Positions 41,501-54,438 of a stretch of 64,000 nucleotides of DNA are shown here, piece after piece. Below the pieces are notes generated by a model. It worked only from the letters and a program-made list of their open reading frames with translations, was not told the origin of the DNA and did not search any database. Both the position numbers and the translations under genes were made by a program. The DNA is taken from contig OZ024751.1 of the NCBI GenBank assembly GCA_964016885.1, positions 42,160,001 through 42,224,000 on the forward strand. Reading direction: 5' to 3'. The first letter of the stretch is position 1. Every line of letters starts with the position of its first letter. The stretch comes from Eledone cirrhosa. Taxonomy: Eukaryota.

Positions 41501-42644
41501 TACTTGCCGGCAAGGACAAGTTGAGCTTCCAGTAACCGGGGCCCTGTCTATGAGTTCTGTCGAGGTTGACTATGCAGGTCACTAATTTGTGGTCTGAATA
41601 GCCAACAATGCGCATTTTTGGACAACTTAAAAAGTCCTTATCCTTAATTCTAACTAAGAACCTATCTAGGTACGACCTAGATGATCCGCTACGATTTGCC
41701 CAAGTCCAGGTTGGCGCAGTCGGAAAATCTAGTCGATATCTATCGGCCAGGTCAAATCGACCGATTAACCCTTTGAGGCTATTACACCCCTCTCTATCGG
41801 GGCAGGCCCCTACGTAGTCCCAGCGTGCATCTAGGATACCATTCCAGTCCCCCACTAATAGCAAGGAGCGGGACGTCCCTAGAAAAGTCTCCAGACGATG
41901 GAAGAAGTCCGGCCGCATTGACCCGAAAGGGCCGTAGGCGGCTACCAACCTAAACGCTCCGCCTTTACCACTGCCAAGGTCCAGAACCACTAGTCGACCC
42001 ACCGGGTCCAAATGTACCATCTGTGTTGCGAGACCCAGATGTTTTTGCAGCAGAACGACAACTCCACCCCCACCTCCGGGCTGACAGAGAGATGCGTGCA
42101 TCTCAAAGTCATCAAAGGTGGAGGCCAGCTGTCGCACGTTGCTGATCCGGGCCTCGCAAATAACCATCACATCTATACGTTGTGACCTGAGGTCATTTAG
42201 AAGCATTGCTTGCTTCCAAGTTGAGCCCAGGCCACGCGCATTTAAACAGCCTACTCTTAGCATAGCCATGTTGGTGGTGAAGAGAAAAGGCACTTACCTC
42301 TCTGCGTCCCGGGTATCGGGCTGCACAATTTCCATTAGGGTGGGGGATGGGTTGTTGGGTGGGGTGGTGGTTTGTGGAAGTGTGGGGGCATCAGTGTGTT
42401 GTGTGGTTGGGGAGCTTGGAGTTGTGTGGGTGTTTGGGGAGGGGGTGGGATAGTTTTTTAGGAGGACGCGGTTAATGGGCCCGACGCAGGGGGGACCCAC
42501 GTCCTCTTTAAAATTGTTTTTTAAAGTTTTATAGGTGTCCTGTGGGGCCTTAATCATTTTGAGGTGGGGGAAATCCCCTGCCTGGGTGAAGTTAGGCCCT
42601 TGTGTTTTTATTAGATTGTTGTTGTACACAATGTTTAACAGTTT
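38568..42644 (-). mobile_element. 5'-truncated L1/Tx1-group LINE with 16-bp TSD
   Basis: TSD tttaatattatagata at 38552-38567 and 42645-42660; probable ORF1 C-terminal remnant, intact ORF2, aataaa near the 3' end. Confidence 0.93.
38832..42293 (-). CDS. LINE ORF2: APE endonuclease, reverse transcriptase, C-terminal Cys/His knuckle
   Basis: LNARGL, GDWN, SYLDRF, SDH; KSPGLDG, LDQSKAFDRV, RQGCPLS, YADD; CPRC...ETVAHALVHC. First ATG at 42269. Confidence 0.95.
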   Translation of the reverse strand: MPFLFTTNMAMLRVGCLNARGLGSTWKQAMLLNDLRSQRIDVMVICEARISNVRQLASTFDDFEMHASLCQPGGGGGVVVLLQKHLGLATQMVHLDPVGRLVVLDLGSGKGGAFRLVAAYGPFGSMRPDFFHRLETFLGTSRSLLLVGDWNGILDARWDYVGACPDREGCNSLKGLIGRFDLADRYRLDFPTAPTWTWANRSGSSRSYLDRFLVRIKDKDFLSCPKMRIVGYSDHKLVTCIVNLDRTHRQGPGYWKLNLSLPASRAYRNRISTLVKERLTGAIVNSRWWVSLKREIRVVSIEFSKVLAADRNRKERELIDRVEEAIRSGDVARVLASRTALSQFFDAKHEGCVVRSKIRALGNEGTKAVSWARVTEANSGTKSTIRSLRDLDGRAILEPKQMCEAFQRHFARLFGRGGEPVGNVDFGPYLDGLPRLSDREAKSCEEPISAAEIEDVLSQCGKRKSPGLDGLPYELYLAMPDLFPDLLEAVYCNWQQNGRIPCTVTKGVVTLVRKDENKGDEISNFRPITLLNTELQILAKVLAKRLALVVGNLVGDAQTCAIPSRSIHDNLHLMRYIIERVGNEPGFGGALINLDQSKAFDRVDHGYLDAVLAAAGFGPVFRGWITAMHSIRICSRVKVNGYLSEPFKIARSIRQGCPLSSLLYVLTLEPLLRKLELLQGIPLEPGLRKAVSAYADDVTVMVSTASEIEAVGTLLEEYEKFTGAKLNRDKSIGLQLGTWRGRPMPSDSVVGRWTEGPVKLLGVWFGPDLQVEKNWAEVTNRVFALTQKWASCKLSLKGRAEVANTYIASVIYYRLTVVPCPRETLTKMERALFQFLWKRRAPMVRRSICCQHPSKGGLGMPWLMMRKHALRLRHLYVFLTGQPVWASFVRRTFPRLVSLTELQSWVKQRPRKLGAWHTECAQALTALWQADPVISGDSTATFYRGLVRSRCDDALGEALDMEEDELASLFGRTFSPGPMDNFQKSLAWQCYRGALPVRERLYRHGRPGRDPAKKICPRCVCDEETVAHALVHCSGVADLWGYVEQLLSRVGPIRLTTESIVMIKPPPPFKDEAEAVFLCVIAMAKEVVWWTRLKGLRSGTFLSGQQLVRFFRYHFGRRIRMEREVLHPSRFYERWVKVARMARVNGPSLYIRL

Positions 42645-42849
42645 TTTAATATTATAGATAATTTGCAAAACATTGAAAGATTTTTCATGTCATTATCATT
42701 ATTTCAGAAGTTCTTTCATCAGAATAGAGCTGTATGTTCTCAAGATTTCCTTGTATATGTACATATATGTCACAACATTATAGAGAAAAATATATACGTA
42801 TATGAATCTAAAAGGAAGTCTAAAGCCTGTTTGAATGCCAGAGGCTCAC

Positions 42850-43092
42850 CAGGCCAGTACTTTTCCCAGTTTCCTTGGCATAAAGTGACTGAGTGTACAA
42901 GATTTCCCCCTGGACCGGACACTAGTCCATTACAGAGTTAACCCCCCCGCTATTGCTGGTACTCATTTTCAGCCGAGCATACTGGAACAATGTTAAACCA
43001 AGTGATTTGCTCAAGAACACAACACACAACTTAGTCCAGGAATCAAACCCACAACACTATGATCGTAAGTCCAACACCCTAACCACGTGGCA
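42850..43092 (-). mobile_element. tRNA-derived SINE, CORE-like family
   Basis: Minus strand gtggttagggtg...gtttgattcc...gttcttgagcaaatcactt. Confidence 0.65.
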
Positions 43093-43169
43093 TATGAATT
43101 TCTTTTTTTTGTACAGAGAGGAGAAGGGAAGAAGATAGAATTCTATTCAGTACTTCCTGACCTGGAGGG

Positions 43170-44622
43170 AGAGTAGAAGCTGTTATCCTATTGTACCTCT
43201 GTAACTAGAGAGAGAGAAGCTATGATACTATTGTACCTCTGAAACTAGAGAGAGAGAGAAGCTGTGATCCTATTGTACCTCTGAAACTAGAGAGAGAGAG
43301 AAGCTGTGATCCTATTGTACCTCTGAAACTAGAGAGAGAGAGAAGCTGTGATCCTATTGTACCTCTGAAACTAGAGAGAGAGAAGCTGTGATCCTATTGT
43401 ACCTCTGAAACTAGAGAGAGAGAAGCTGTGATCCTATTGTACCTCTGAAACTAGAGAGAGAGAAGCTGTGATCCTATTGTACCTCTGAAACTAGAGAGAG
43501 AGAAGCTGTGATCCTATTGTACCTCTGAAACTAGAGAGAGAGAAGCTGTGATCCTATTGTACCTCTGAAACTGGAGAGAGAGAAGCTGTTATCCTATTGT
43601 ACCCCTGAAATTAGAGAAAGAGAGAGAAGCTGTAATCCTATTGTACCTCTGAAACTAGAGAGAGAGAAGCTGTGATCCTATTGTACCTCTGAAACTAGAG
43701 AGAGAGAAGCTGTAATCCTATTGTACTTCTAAAACTAGAGAGAGAGAAGCTGTAATCCTATTGTACCTCTGAAACTAGAGAGAGAGAGAAGCTGTGATCC
43801 TATTGTACCTCTGAAACTAGAGAGAGAGAAGCTGTGATCCTATTGTACCTCTGAAACTAGAGAGAGAGAAGCTGTGATCCTATTGTACCTCTGAAACTGG
43901 AGAGAGAGAAGCTGTGATCCTATTGTACCTCTGAAACTAGAGAGAGAGAAGCTGTAATCCTATTGTACTTCTGAAACTAGAGAGAGAGAAGCTGTGATCC
44001 TATTGTACCTCTGAAACTGGAGAGAGAGAAGCTGTAATCCTATTGTACCTCTGAAACTGGAGAGAGAGAAGCTGTGATCCTATTGTACCTCTGAAACTGG
44101 AGAGAGAGACGCTGTGATCCTATTGTACCTCTGAAACTGGAGAGAGAGAAGCTGTGATCCTATTGTACCTCTGAAACTGGAGAGAGAGAAGCTGTGATCC
44201 TATTGTACCTCTGAAACTAGAGAGAGAGAAGCTGTAATCCTATTGTACTTCTGAAACTAGAGAGAGAGAAGCTGTGATCCTATTGTACCTCTGAAACTGG
44301 AGAGAGAGAAGCTGTAATCCTATTGTAGTTCTGAAACTAGAGAGAGAGAAGCTGTGATCCTATTGTACCTCTGAAACTGGAGAGAGAGAAGCTGTAATCC
44401 TATTGTACCTCTGAAACTGGAGAGAGAGAAGCTGTGATCCTATTGTACCTCTGAAACTGGAGAGAGAGACGCTGTGATCCTATTGTAACTCTGAAACTGG
44501 AGAGAGAGACGCTGTGATCCTATTGTACCTCTGAAACTGGAGAGAGAGAAGCTGTGATCCTATTGTACCTCTGAAACTGGAGAGAGAGAAGCTGTAATCC
44601 TATTGTACCTCTGAAACTGGAG
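43170..44622. repeat. 40-bp minisatellite, about 36 copies
   Basis: agagagagaagctgtgatcctattgtacctctgaaact(a/g)g in tandem. Confidence 0.97.
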
Positions 44623-45219
44623 TGGTGGAGGTGGAGATGAAGCCACTAAACTGAAGTAGGTTGGAAGTATTCTTAAACTAAAGACCTGGTTTAACAGCTT
44701 GCTAGAAAGCAGGACCAGGTGCTGGTGGTGGTGGTGGTGGTGTTGAACCAAATAACAGCTTAAGAAGCAGCCTACTTCTACCATACAGTGGCTTTTATGT
44801 TCCAAAATTTGACATAAGAGGCCAGAGGGGGAAGAGGTGACTAAACAAATATTGCTGTTGTTGTTGTTGTTGTCATTATCACTGTTATCGTTGTTGTTAT
44901 TACTGTTGTTGTTGTCACTGTTGTCCTTGTCACTGTTATCCTGTTGTTATCACTGTTGTTGTTGTCACTGTTGTTGTTGTCACTTGTTGTTGTTGTCACT
45001 GTTGTCGTTATTGTCATTGTTGTTGTCGTTATTACTGTTGTTGTTGATGTTGTTTTCCATCAAAACAAGCCCCCCCCCCCATCCTTTAACTGAAGTGTCA
45101 AGATCTATAACTATAAATTATGAGATAAGAATTCCACTGTGGTCGGGAACAAACTGGAACAGGTGTGGGGGAGTGGAGTGTTGTGGGGGAGGGCAGCATT
45201 AGAAGGAAATAGAAGAGGT

Positions 45220-45702
45220 ATACATACACACATACACACATACATACAGACAGACACACATACACACATACATACACACAGACAGACACACATACACACA
45301 TACATACACACAGACAGACACACATAGATATATACAAACTCATACATACATACACACATACATACATACATACACACATACACACATACACACATACACA
45401 CATACACACATACATACAGACACACACACATACATACATACAGACACACATACATACAGACACAGATACATACAGACACACAGACAGACACACATACACA
45501 CAGACAGACACACATTGATATATACAAACTCATACATACACACACACATACATACATACATACATACACACATACACACATACATACATACAGACACACA
45601 TAATACATACATACAGACACACATACATACAGACACACATACATACACACAGACACACATACATACACAAATACACGAACACACATACACACCTACATAC
45701 AC
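45220..45702. repeat. CA-rich compound microsatellite
   Basis: catacaca/cagacaca repeats. Confidence 0.9.
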
Positions 45703-45914
45703 ATGGTCAGAAGGTGTGTCAGGGGCTGAAATTCATGCAAATATGTAAAATAAACTTTAAACGAGTCATGGGTATACTGTGGCCTGTTTGGCTTTCTGAA
45801 TGTCGTGCCTAAATTCGAATTTATTTGTAGTGTGGCTCACCTTATAATGAACCACATCCCATGTGGCCGATCTTAAGATGAGCCACATACAATGTGGCCC
45901 ATCTTATGATGGTA

Positions 45915-48900
45915 GTATATTGTGTTAGTGACAGACTGATCCTATATCTCTGTCTAGGTAGTATATTGGTATATATTGTGTTAGTGACAGACTGATTATA
46001 TATCTCTGTCTAGGTAGTATATTGGTATATATTGTGTTAGTGACAGACTGATTATATATCTCTGTCTAGGTAGTATATTGGTATATATTGTGTTAGTGAC
46101 AGACTGATTATATATCTCTGTCTAGGTAGTATATTGGTATATATTGTGTTAGTGACAGACTGATCCTATATCTCTGTCTAGGTAGTATATTGGTATATAT
46201 TGTGTTAGTGCCAGACTGATTATATATCTCTGTCTAGGTAGTATATTGGTATATATTGTGTTAGTGCCAGACTGATTATATATCTCTGTCTTGGTAGTAT
46301 ATTGGTATATATTGTGTTAGTGCCAGACTGATTATATATCTCTGTCTAGGTAGTATATTGGTATATATTGTGTTAGTGCCAGACTGATTATATATCTCTG
46401 TCTTGGTAGTATATTGGTATATATTGTGTTAGTGCCAGACTGATTATATATCTCTGTCTAGGTAGTATATTGGTATATATTGTGTTAGTGCCAGACTGAT
46501 TATATATCTCTGTCTAGGTAGTATATTGGTATATATTGTGTTAGTGCCAGACTGATTATATATCTCTGTCTTGGTAGTATATTGGTATATATTGTGTTAG
46601 TGACAGACTGATTATATATCTCTGTCTAGGTAGTATATTGGTATATATTGTGTTAGTGCCAGACTGATTATATATCTCTGTCTAGGTAGTATATTGGTAT
46701 ATATTGTGTTAGTGCCAGACTGATTATATATCTCTGTCTAGGTAGTATATTGGTATATATTGTGTTAGTGCCAGACTGATTATATATCTCTGTCTTGGTA
46801 GTATATTGGTATATATTGTGTTAGTGCCAGACTGATTATATATCTCTGTCTTGGTAGTATATTGGTATATATTGTGTTAGTGCCAGACTGATTATATATC
46901 TCTGTCTTGGTAGTATATTGGTATATATTGTGTTAGTACCAGACTGATTATATATCTCTGTCTAGGTAGTATATTGGTATATATTGTGTTAGTGCCAGAC
47001 TGATCCTATATCTCTGTCTAGGTAGTATATTGGTATATATTGTGTTAGTGCCAGACTGATCCTATATCTCTGTCTAGGTAGTATATTGGTATATATTGTG
47101 TTAGTGCCAGACTGATCCTATATCTCTGTCTAGGTAGTATATTGGTATATATTGTGTTAGTGACAGACTGATCCTATATCTCTGTCTAGGTAGTATATTG
47201 GTATATATTGTGTTAGTGCCAGACTGATTATATATCTCTGTCTAGGTAGTATATTGGTATATATTGTGTTAGTGACAGACTGATCCTATATCTCTGTCTA
47301 GGTAGTATATTGGTATATATTGTGTTAGTGCCAGACTGATCCTATATCTCTGTCTAGGTAGTATATTGGTATATATTGTGTTAGTGCCAGACTGATTATA
47401 TATCTCTGTCTAGGTAGTATATTGGTATATATTGTGTTAGTGACAGACTGATCCTATATCTCTGTCTAGGTAGTATATTGGTATATATTGTGTTAGTGCC
47501 AGACTGATCCTATATCTCTGTCTAGGTAGTATATTGGTATATATTGTGTTAGTGCCAGACTGATTATATATCTCTGTCTAGGTAGTATATTGGTATATAT
47601 TGTGTTAGTGACAGACTGATCCTATATCTCTGTCTAGGTAGTATATTGGTATATATTGTGTTAGTGCCAGACTGATCCTATATCTCTGTCTAGGTAGTAT
47701 ATTGGTATATATTGTGTTAGTGACAGACTGATTATATATCTCTGTCTTGGTAGTATATTGGTATATATTGTGTTAGTGCCAGACTGATCCTATATCTCTG
47801 TCTAGGTAGTATATTGGTATATATTGTGTTAGTGACAGACTGATCCTATATCTCTGTCTAGGTAGTATATTGGTATATATTGTGTTAGTGACAGACTGAT
47901 CCTATATCTCTGTCTAGGTAGTATATTGGTATATATTGTGTTAGTGCCAGACTGATCCTATATCTCTGTCTAGGTAGTATATTGGTATATATTGTGTTAG
48001 TGACAGACTGATTATATATCTCTGTCTTGGTAGTATATTGGTATATATTGTGTTAGTGCCAGACTGATCCTATATCTCTGTCTAGGTAGTATATTGGTAT
48101 ATATTGTGTTAGTGACAGACTGATTATATATCTCTGTCTTGGTAGTATATTGGTATATATTGTGTTAGTGCCAGACTGATCCTATATCTCTGTCTAGGTA
48201 GTATATTGGTATATATTGTGTTAGTGACAGACTGATCCTATATCTCTGTCTAGGTAGTATATTGGTATATATTGTGTTAGTGACAGACTGATCCTATATC
48301 TCTGTCTAGGTAGTATATTGGTATATATTGTGTTAGTGCCAGACTGATCCTATATCTCTGTCTAGGTAGTATATTGGTATATATTGTGTTAGTGACAGAC
48401 TGATTATATATCTCTGTCTTGGTAGTATATTGGTATATATTGTGTTAGTGCCAGACTGATCCTATATCTCTGTCTAGGTAGTATATTGGTATATATTGTG
48501 TTAGTGACAGACTGATCCTATATCTCTGTCTAGGTAGTATATTGGTATATATTGTGTTAGTGACAGACTGATCCTATATCTCTGTCTAGGTAGTATATTG
48601 GTATATATTGTGTTAGTGCCAGACTGATCCTATATCTCTGTCTAGGTAGTATATTGGTATATATTGTGTTAGTGACAGACTGATCCTATATCTCTGTCTA
48701 GGTAGTATATTGGTATATATTGTGTTAGTGCCAGACTGATCCTATATCTCTGTCTAGGTAGTATATTGGTATATATTGTGTTAGTGACAGACTGATTATA
48801 TATCTCTGTCTTGGTAGTATATTGGTATATATTGTGTTAGTGCCAGACTGATCCTATATCTCTGTCTAGGTAGTATATTGGTATATATTGTGTTAGTGAC

Positions 48901-50585
48901 AGACTGATCCTATATCTCTGTCTAGGTAGTATATTGGTATATATTGTGTTAGTGACAGACTGATCCTATATCTCTGTCTAGGTAGTATATTGGTATATAT
49001 TGTGTTAGTGCCAGACTGATCCTATATCTCTGTCTAGGTAGTATATTGGTATATATTGTGTTAGTGACAGACTGATTATATATCTCTGTCTTGGTAGTAT
49101 ATTGGTATATATTGTGTTAGTGCCAGACTGATCCTATATCTCTGTCTAGGTAGTATATTGGTATATATTGTGTTAGTGACAGACTGATCCTATATCTCTG
49201 TCTAGGTAGTATATTGGTATATATTGTGTTAGTGACAGACTGATTATATATCTCTGTCTTGGTAGTATATTGGTATATATTGTGTTAGTGCCAGACTGAT
49301 CCTATATCTCTGTCTAGGTAGTATATTGGTATATATTGTGTTAGTGACAGACTGATTATATATCTCTGTCTTGGTAGTATATTGGTATATATTGTGTTAG
49401 TGCCAGACTGATCCTATATCTCTGTCTAGGTAGTATATTGGTATATATTGTGTTAGTGCCAGACTGATCCTATATCTCTGTCTAGGTAGTATATTGGTAT
49501 ATATTGTGTTAGTGACAGACTGATTATATATCTCTGTCTTGGTAGTATATTGGTATATATTGTGTTAGTGCCAGACTGATCCTATATCTCTGTCTAGGTA
49601 GTATATTGGTATATATTGTGTTAGTGACAGACTGATTATATATCTCTGTCTTGGTAGTATATTGGTATATATTGTGTTAGTGCCAGACTGATCCTATATC
49701 TCTGTCTAGGTAGTATATTGGTATATATTGTGTTAGTGACAGACTGATCCTATATCTCTGTCTAGGTAGTATATTGGTATATATTGTGTTAGTGACAGAC
49801 TGATCCTATATCTCTGTCTAGGTAGTATATTGGTATATATTGTGTTAGTGCCAGACTGATTATATATCTCTGTCTAGGTAGTATATTGGTATATATTGTG
49901 TTAGTGACAGACTGATCCTATATCTCTGTCTAGGTAGTATATTGGTATATATTGTGTTAGTGCCAGACTGATCCTATATCTCTGTCTAGGTAGTATATTG
50001 GTATATATTGTGTTAGTGCCAGACTGATTATATATCTCTGTCTAGGTAGTATATTGGTATATATTGTGTTAGTGACAGACTGATCCTATATCTCTGTCTA
50101 GGTAGTATATTGGTATATATTGTGTTAGTGCCAGACTGATCCTATATCTCTGTCTAGGTAGTATATTGGTATATATTGTGTTAGTGACAGACTGATCCTA
50201 TATCTCTGTCTAGGTAGTATATTGGTATATATTGTGTTAGTGACAGACTGATCCTATATCTCTGTCTAGGTAGTATATTGGTATATATTGTGTTAGTGCC
50301 AGACTGATTATATATCTCTGTCTAGGTAGTATATTGGTATATATTGTGTTAGTGCCAGACTGATTATATATCTCTGTCTAGGTAGTATATTGGTATATAT
50401 TGTGTTAGTGCCAGACTGATTATATATCTCTGTCTAGGTAGTATATTGGTATATATTGTGTTAGTGCCAGACTGATTATATATCTCTGTCTAGGTAGTAT
50501 ATTGGTATATATTGTGTTAGTGCCAGACTGATTATATATCTCTGTCTAGGTAGTATATTGGTATATATTGTGTTAGTGACAGACT
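45915..50585. repeat. 56-bp satellite, about 83 copies
   Basis: ggtagtatattggtatatattgtgttagtg(a/c)cagactgat(ta/cc)tatatctctgtct(a/t). Confidence 0.98.
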
Positions 50586-50699
50586 TATAACATACTGGAA
50601 GAAGAAGTTAGTAGGATTAAATGATGTAATCAGAAGCAAAGAAGAAGAGAGTAAAATTTGTCAAAACGATGGTGAATCACAATGAATGGTAGAATAAGA

Positions 50700-50723
50700 G
50701 AGGTTGTCAGAGGTAAGGATAGA

Positions 50724-50761
<38 letters not shown>

Positions 50762-50835
50762 TGTGAGGGAGAGAGAGAGAGAGAGTGGCGAGGTTGTCAG
50801 ATGTGAGGTTGTTAGAGGCAAGGATAGAATATATA

Positions 50836-50895
<60 letters not shown>

Positions 50896-50896
50896 G

Positions 50897-50949
<53 letters not shown>

Positions 50950-51775
50950 TGGAGAGGTTGTCAGATGTGAGGTTGTTAGAGGTAAGGATAGAATATATAG
51001 AGGGAGGGAGAGAGAGAGAGAGAGAGAGAGAGTGGAGAGATTGTTAGAGGTAAGGATAGAATATATAGAGGGAGAGAGAGAGAGAGAGAGTGGAGAGGTT
51101 GTTAGAGGTAAGGATAGAATATATAGAGGGAGAGAGAGAGTGTGTGTGTGAGGGAGAGAGAGAGTGTGTGTGTGGTGAGGTTGTCAGAATTAGGGACAGA
51201 ATACGATGAGAGAGACACACAGGCAGATAGAGTAGATAGAGAGAGAGACAGGCAGATAGAGTAGATAGAGAGAGAGACAGGCAGACAGAGTAGACAGAGA
51301 GAGAGACAGGCAGACAGAGTAGACAGAGAGACACACAGGCAGATAGAGTAGATAGAGAGAGAGACAGGCAGATAGAGTAGATAGAGAGAGAGACAGGCAG
51401 ACAGAGTAGATAGAGAGAGAGACAGGCAGACAGAGTAAACGGAGAGAGAGACAGGCAGATAGAGTAGATAGAGAGAGAGACAGGCAGATAGAGTAGATAG
51501 AGAGAGAGACAGGCAGACAGAGTAGACATAGAGAGAGACAGGCAGACAGAGTAGACAGAGAGAGAGACAGGCAGACAGAGTAGATAGAGAGAGAGACAGG
51601 CAGACAGAGTAGATAGAGAGAGAGACAGGCAGACAGAGTAGATAGAGAGACACACAGGCAGACAGAGTAGACAGAGAGAGAGACAGGCAGACAGAGTAGA
51701 TAGAGAGAGAGACAGGCAGACAGAGTAGATAGAGAGAGAGACAGGCAGACAGAGTAAACGGAGAGAGAGAGAGAG
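50700..51775. repeat. GA-rich compound repeat and 29-bp minisatellite
   Basis: gaggttgttagaggtaaggatagaata units with (GA)n, then acaggcagacagagtagatagagagagag units. Confidence 0.9.
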
Positions 51776-51970
51776 GGGGGGGGAGATGCATATGCTTTAA
51801 TAGTCATTAAATTGTTAGAATGGAACAATTTACCTAGTGAAGTGGTGAGATGTGTGAGAAAGATGCTGATACATAAAGAGACAGACAGACAGATACAGAC
51901 ACACAGACAGACAGACAGACAGGCAGACAGACAGATAGATAGATAGATTTCTATAGATAGATGGACAGAC

Positions 51971-52002
<32 letters not shown>

Positions 52003-52010
<8 letters not shown>

Positions 52011-52188
52011 AGATCAAAAGATGGTTAAAAGAGTTCCATGTATTTTATTATGCGCATTTCAAATACATGGAACTCTTTTAACCATCTTTTGATCTTATAT
52101 ATTATGTATACTCCAGTCCTACAAACTGTAGAGTGCTACTTATCCGATATCTGCATTGCTTTATTGTACTACAATAAAACTCACCTCC

Positions 52189-52190
<2 letters not shown>
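52003..52190 (+). mobile_element. Short fold-back terminus, same family as 63704-63860
   Basis: Arms ~52003-52043 and ~52061-52103; shared tail ending aaaactcacctcctaca then (TA)n. Confidence 0.75.
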
Positions 52191-52237
<47 letters not shown>

Positions 52238-52623
52238 TAATAAAAATAATGAATAAAAACAAAGAAACAGTTCCTTATATTAAAAAATCCATCATTTTAC
52301 GATCGTTTCTAGGATATATATGTGTGTGTTCGTATGTATATCATATAGATCTATGTAAAATTTTTACAAACTATCAGAGGGAATATACATACCTACACAT
52401 ATATATGCTGTCTTCAGAAATATATATATATATGTAATAAACATAATATATATGTAATACATAAATATATGTAATATATATATGTAATAAACAACATAAG
52501 GTTTTTAAAATCCAACGCCAATAAATACACCAGGATTTTTTCATTCTGATGATTGAAAGCAAATTTTTTTGCTTTTAAGAAACCACTGGTAAATGAAATA
52601 ATTGCCTTATGTTATTTATTACA

Positions 52624-52665
<42 letters not shown>

Positions 52666-52825
52666 TTACATGAAACAAAGTTCTGTTTAAATCATTTATC
52701 TGCTTACAATTGTTTCTTCCAAACCGAGGTTTGGAGTCTTCTATAACTATATCTATAAAAGGTTTTAGTATATACATAACCATAAATAGTATCCTTAATA
52801 CTATATATATATATATATATATATA

Positions 52826-53316
52826 TTTCGTTTCTGAATTTGTTTAGCAAGATTCTTTATCTGAAATCGTGTGTTGAAACTGATATTGTTATACTTTGGG
52901 AGGGTCATGTTGCCAATAAGAAACACACGCACCAGTTGCTTTCACTTCAATTTATTATAATAAATTTATAATAAATTTATAATAAATTTATAAATTTATA
53001 AATTTCTGGTTGGTTGGTTCCACAACCAGATAGTTGTTTATATATTGTCATAGTTCTTTCGTCACACACTCTGTGACCTCTTCAGTGACTGGGGATTCCT
53101 TTCTTTGTTTCTGTGCCTCTCCTTTGTTCACTGAAGAGGTCACAGAGTGTGTGACGAAAGAACTATGACAATATATAAACAACTATCTGGTTGTGGAACC
53201 AACCAACCAACCAGAAATTTATAAATTTATAAATTTATTATAAATTTATTATAATAAATTGAAGTGAAAGCCTGGTGCGTGTGTTTCTTATTGGCAACAT
53301 GACCCTCCCAAAGTAT

Positions 53317-53322
<6 letters not shown>
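52826..53322 (-). mobile_element. Fold-back PLE-like terminus with hammerheads on both arms
   Basis: Arms ~52883-53087 and 53128-53322. GUCA-CUGAAGA-G-GUCACA/UGUGAC-GAAAGAACUA-UGAC at 53047-53089 (-) and 53128-53169 (+). Confidence 0.85.
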
Positions 53323-53360
<38 letters not shown>

Positions 53361-53822
53361 GGGGGGGAGCTATAGGCAAAGATGGCTTACATGAGAAAGA
53401 TGAGAGAAAGAAGAGAGGAAAATGGATGACCTTTTAATCTTATCTCAAGTGTAGTAGATATCTGTGTTCTTAAAAATTGTATTATCTCACAGAAGGGGAT
53501 TAATTATTTCATTGGTTTTAGTAACCACAGTTATATATACATATATATATATATGTAAGTGTGTATGTAATATATATGTGTATATGTATGTATATATATA
53601 TATATGTGTGTACGTATATATATATGTAAGTGTGTCTGTTTGTGTGTATGTATGTATGTAGAGCACAGTTATATATACATATATATATACATGTAAGTGT
53701 GTATGTAATATATATCTGTGTATGTATGTATATATATATATATATGTGTGTACGTATATATATATGTGTGTATGTGTATGTATATATATATGTGTGTGTG
53801 TATGTATGTATGTATGTATATA

Positions 53823-53892
<70 letters not shown>

Positions 53893-53973
53893 CCACATAT
53901 ATTGGTTGAAATGCACCAACAACATGGCAGCCATTTAAACAAATATCATATCTCCTTCTCCTCCCCCTCTCTC

Positions 53974-54004
<31 letters not shown>

Positions 54005-54313
54005 ACACACACACACAAACACACATAGAAATATACTCCCATACTTACATACACCACAACCACAACCACACACACAACAGCCACATACAGGCACAGCACA
54101 CACACAGACAGACAGACACAGATACACATACACACACAAACACCACAGACACAGATACACATACACACACATACACCACAACCACAACCACACACACAAC
54201 AGCCACACACATAGACAGACAGACACATATACACATACACACACAAACACCACAGAGAGAGAGAGAGAGAGAGACCCACGGAAACATACAGTGACACTCT
54301 TATGGTCTTGTAG

Positions 54314-54397
54314 CTAGGTATTGTAGCCACAACGCTCCACTTAACTGTTGGATGGGAACAACAACAACAACAACAACAACAACAGCAACAGCAGCAA

Positions 54398-54429
<32 letters not shown>

Positions 54430-54438
54430 GCAAAAGAG
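54314..54438 (+). other. Candidate exon with a mixed CAA/CAG tract (Q25)
   Basis: ttgtag acceptor, AG/gtaaat donor; reads LGIVATTLHLTVGWE-Q25-K. Confidence 0.3.

Noticed and set aside
38913-42453. Several + strand ORFs inside the LINE
   Set aside because: Antisense shadows of a GC-rich ORF2.
42480-42644. G-poor 5' end of the LINE as deaminase hypermutation
   Set aside because: Cannot be separated from ordinary ORF1 composition or local sequence error without a family consensus.
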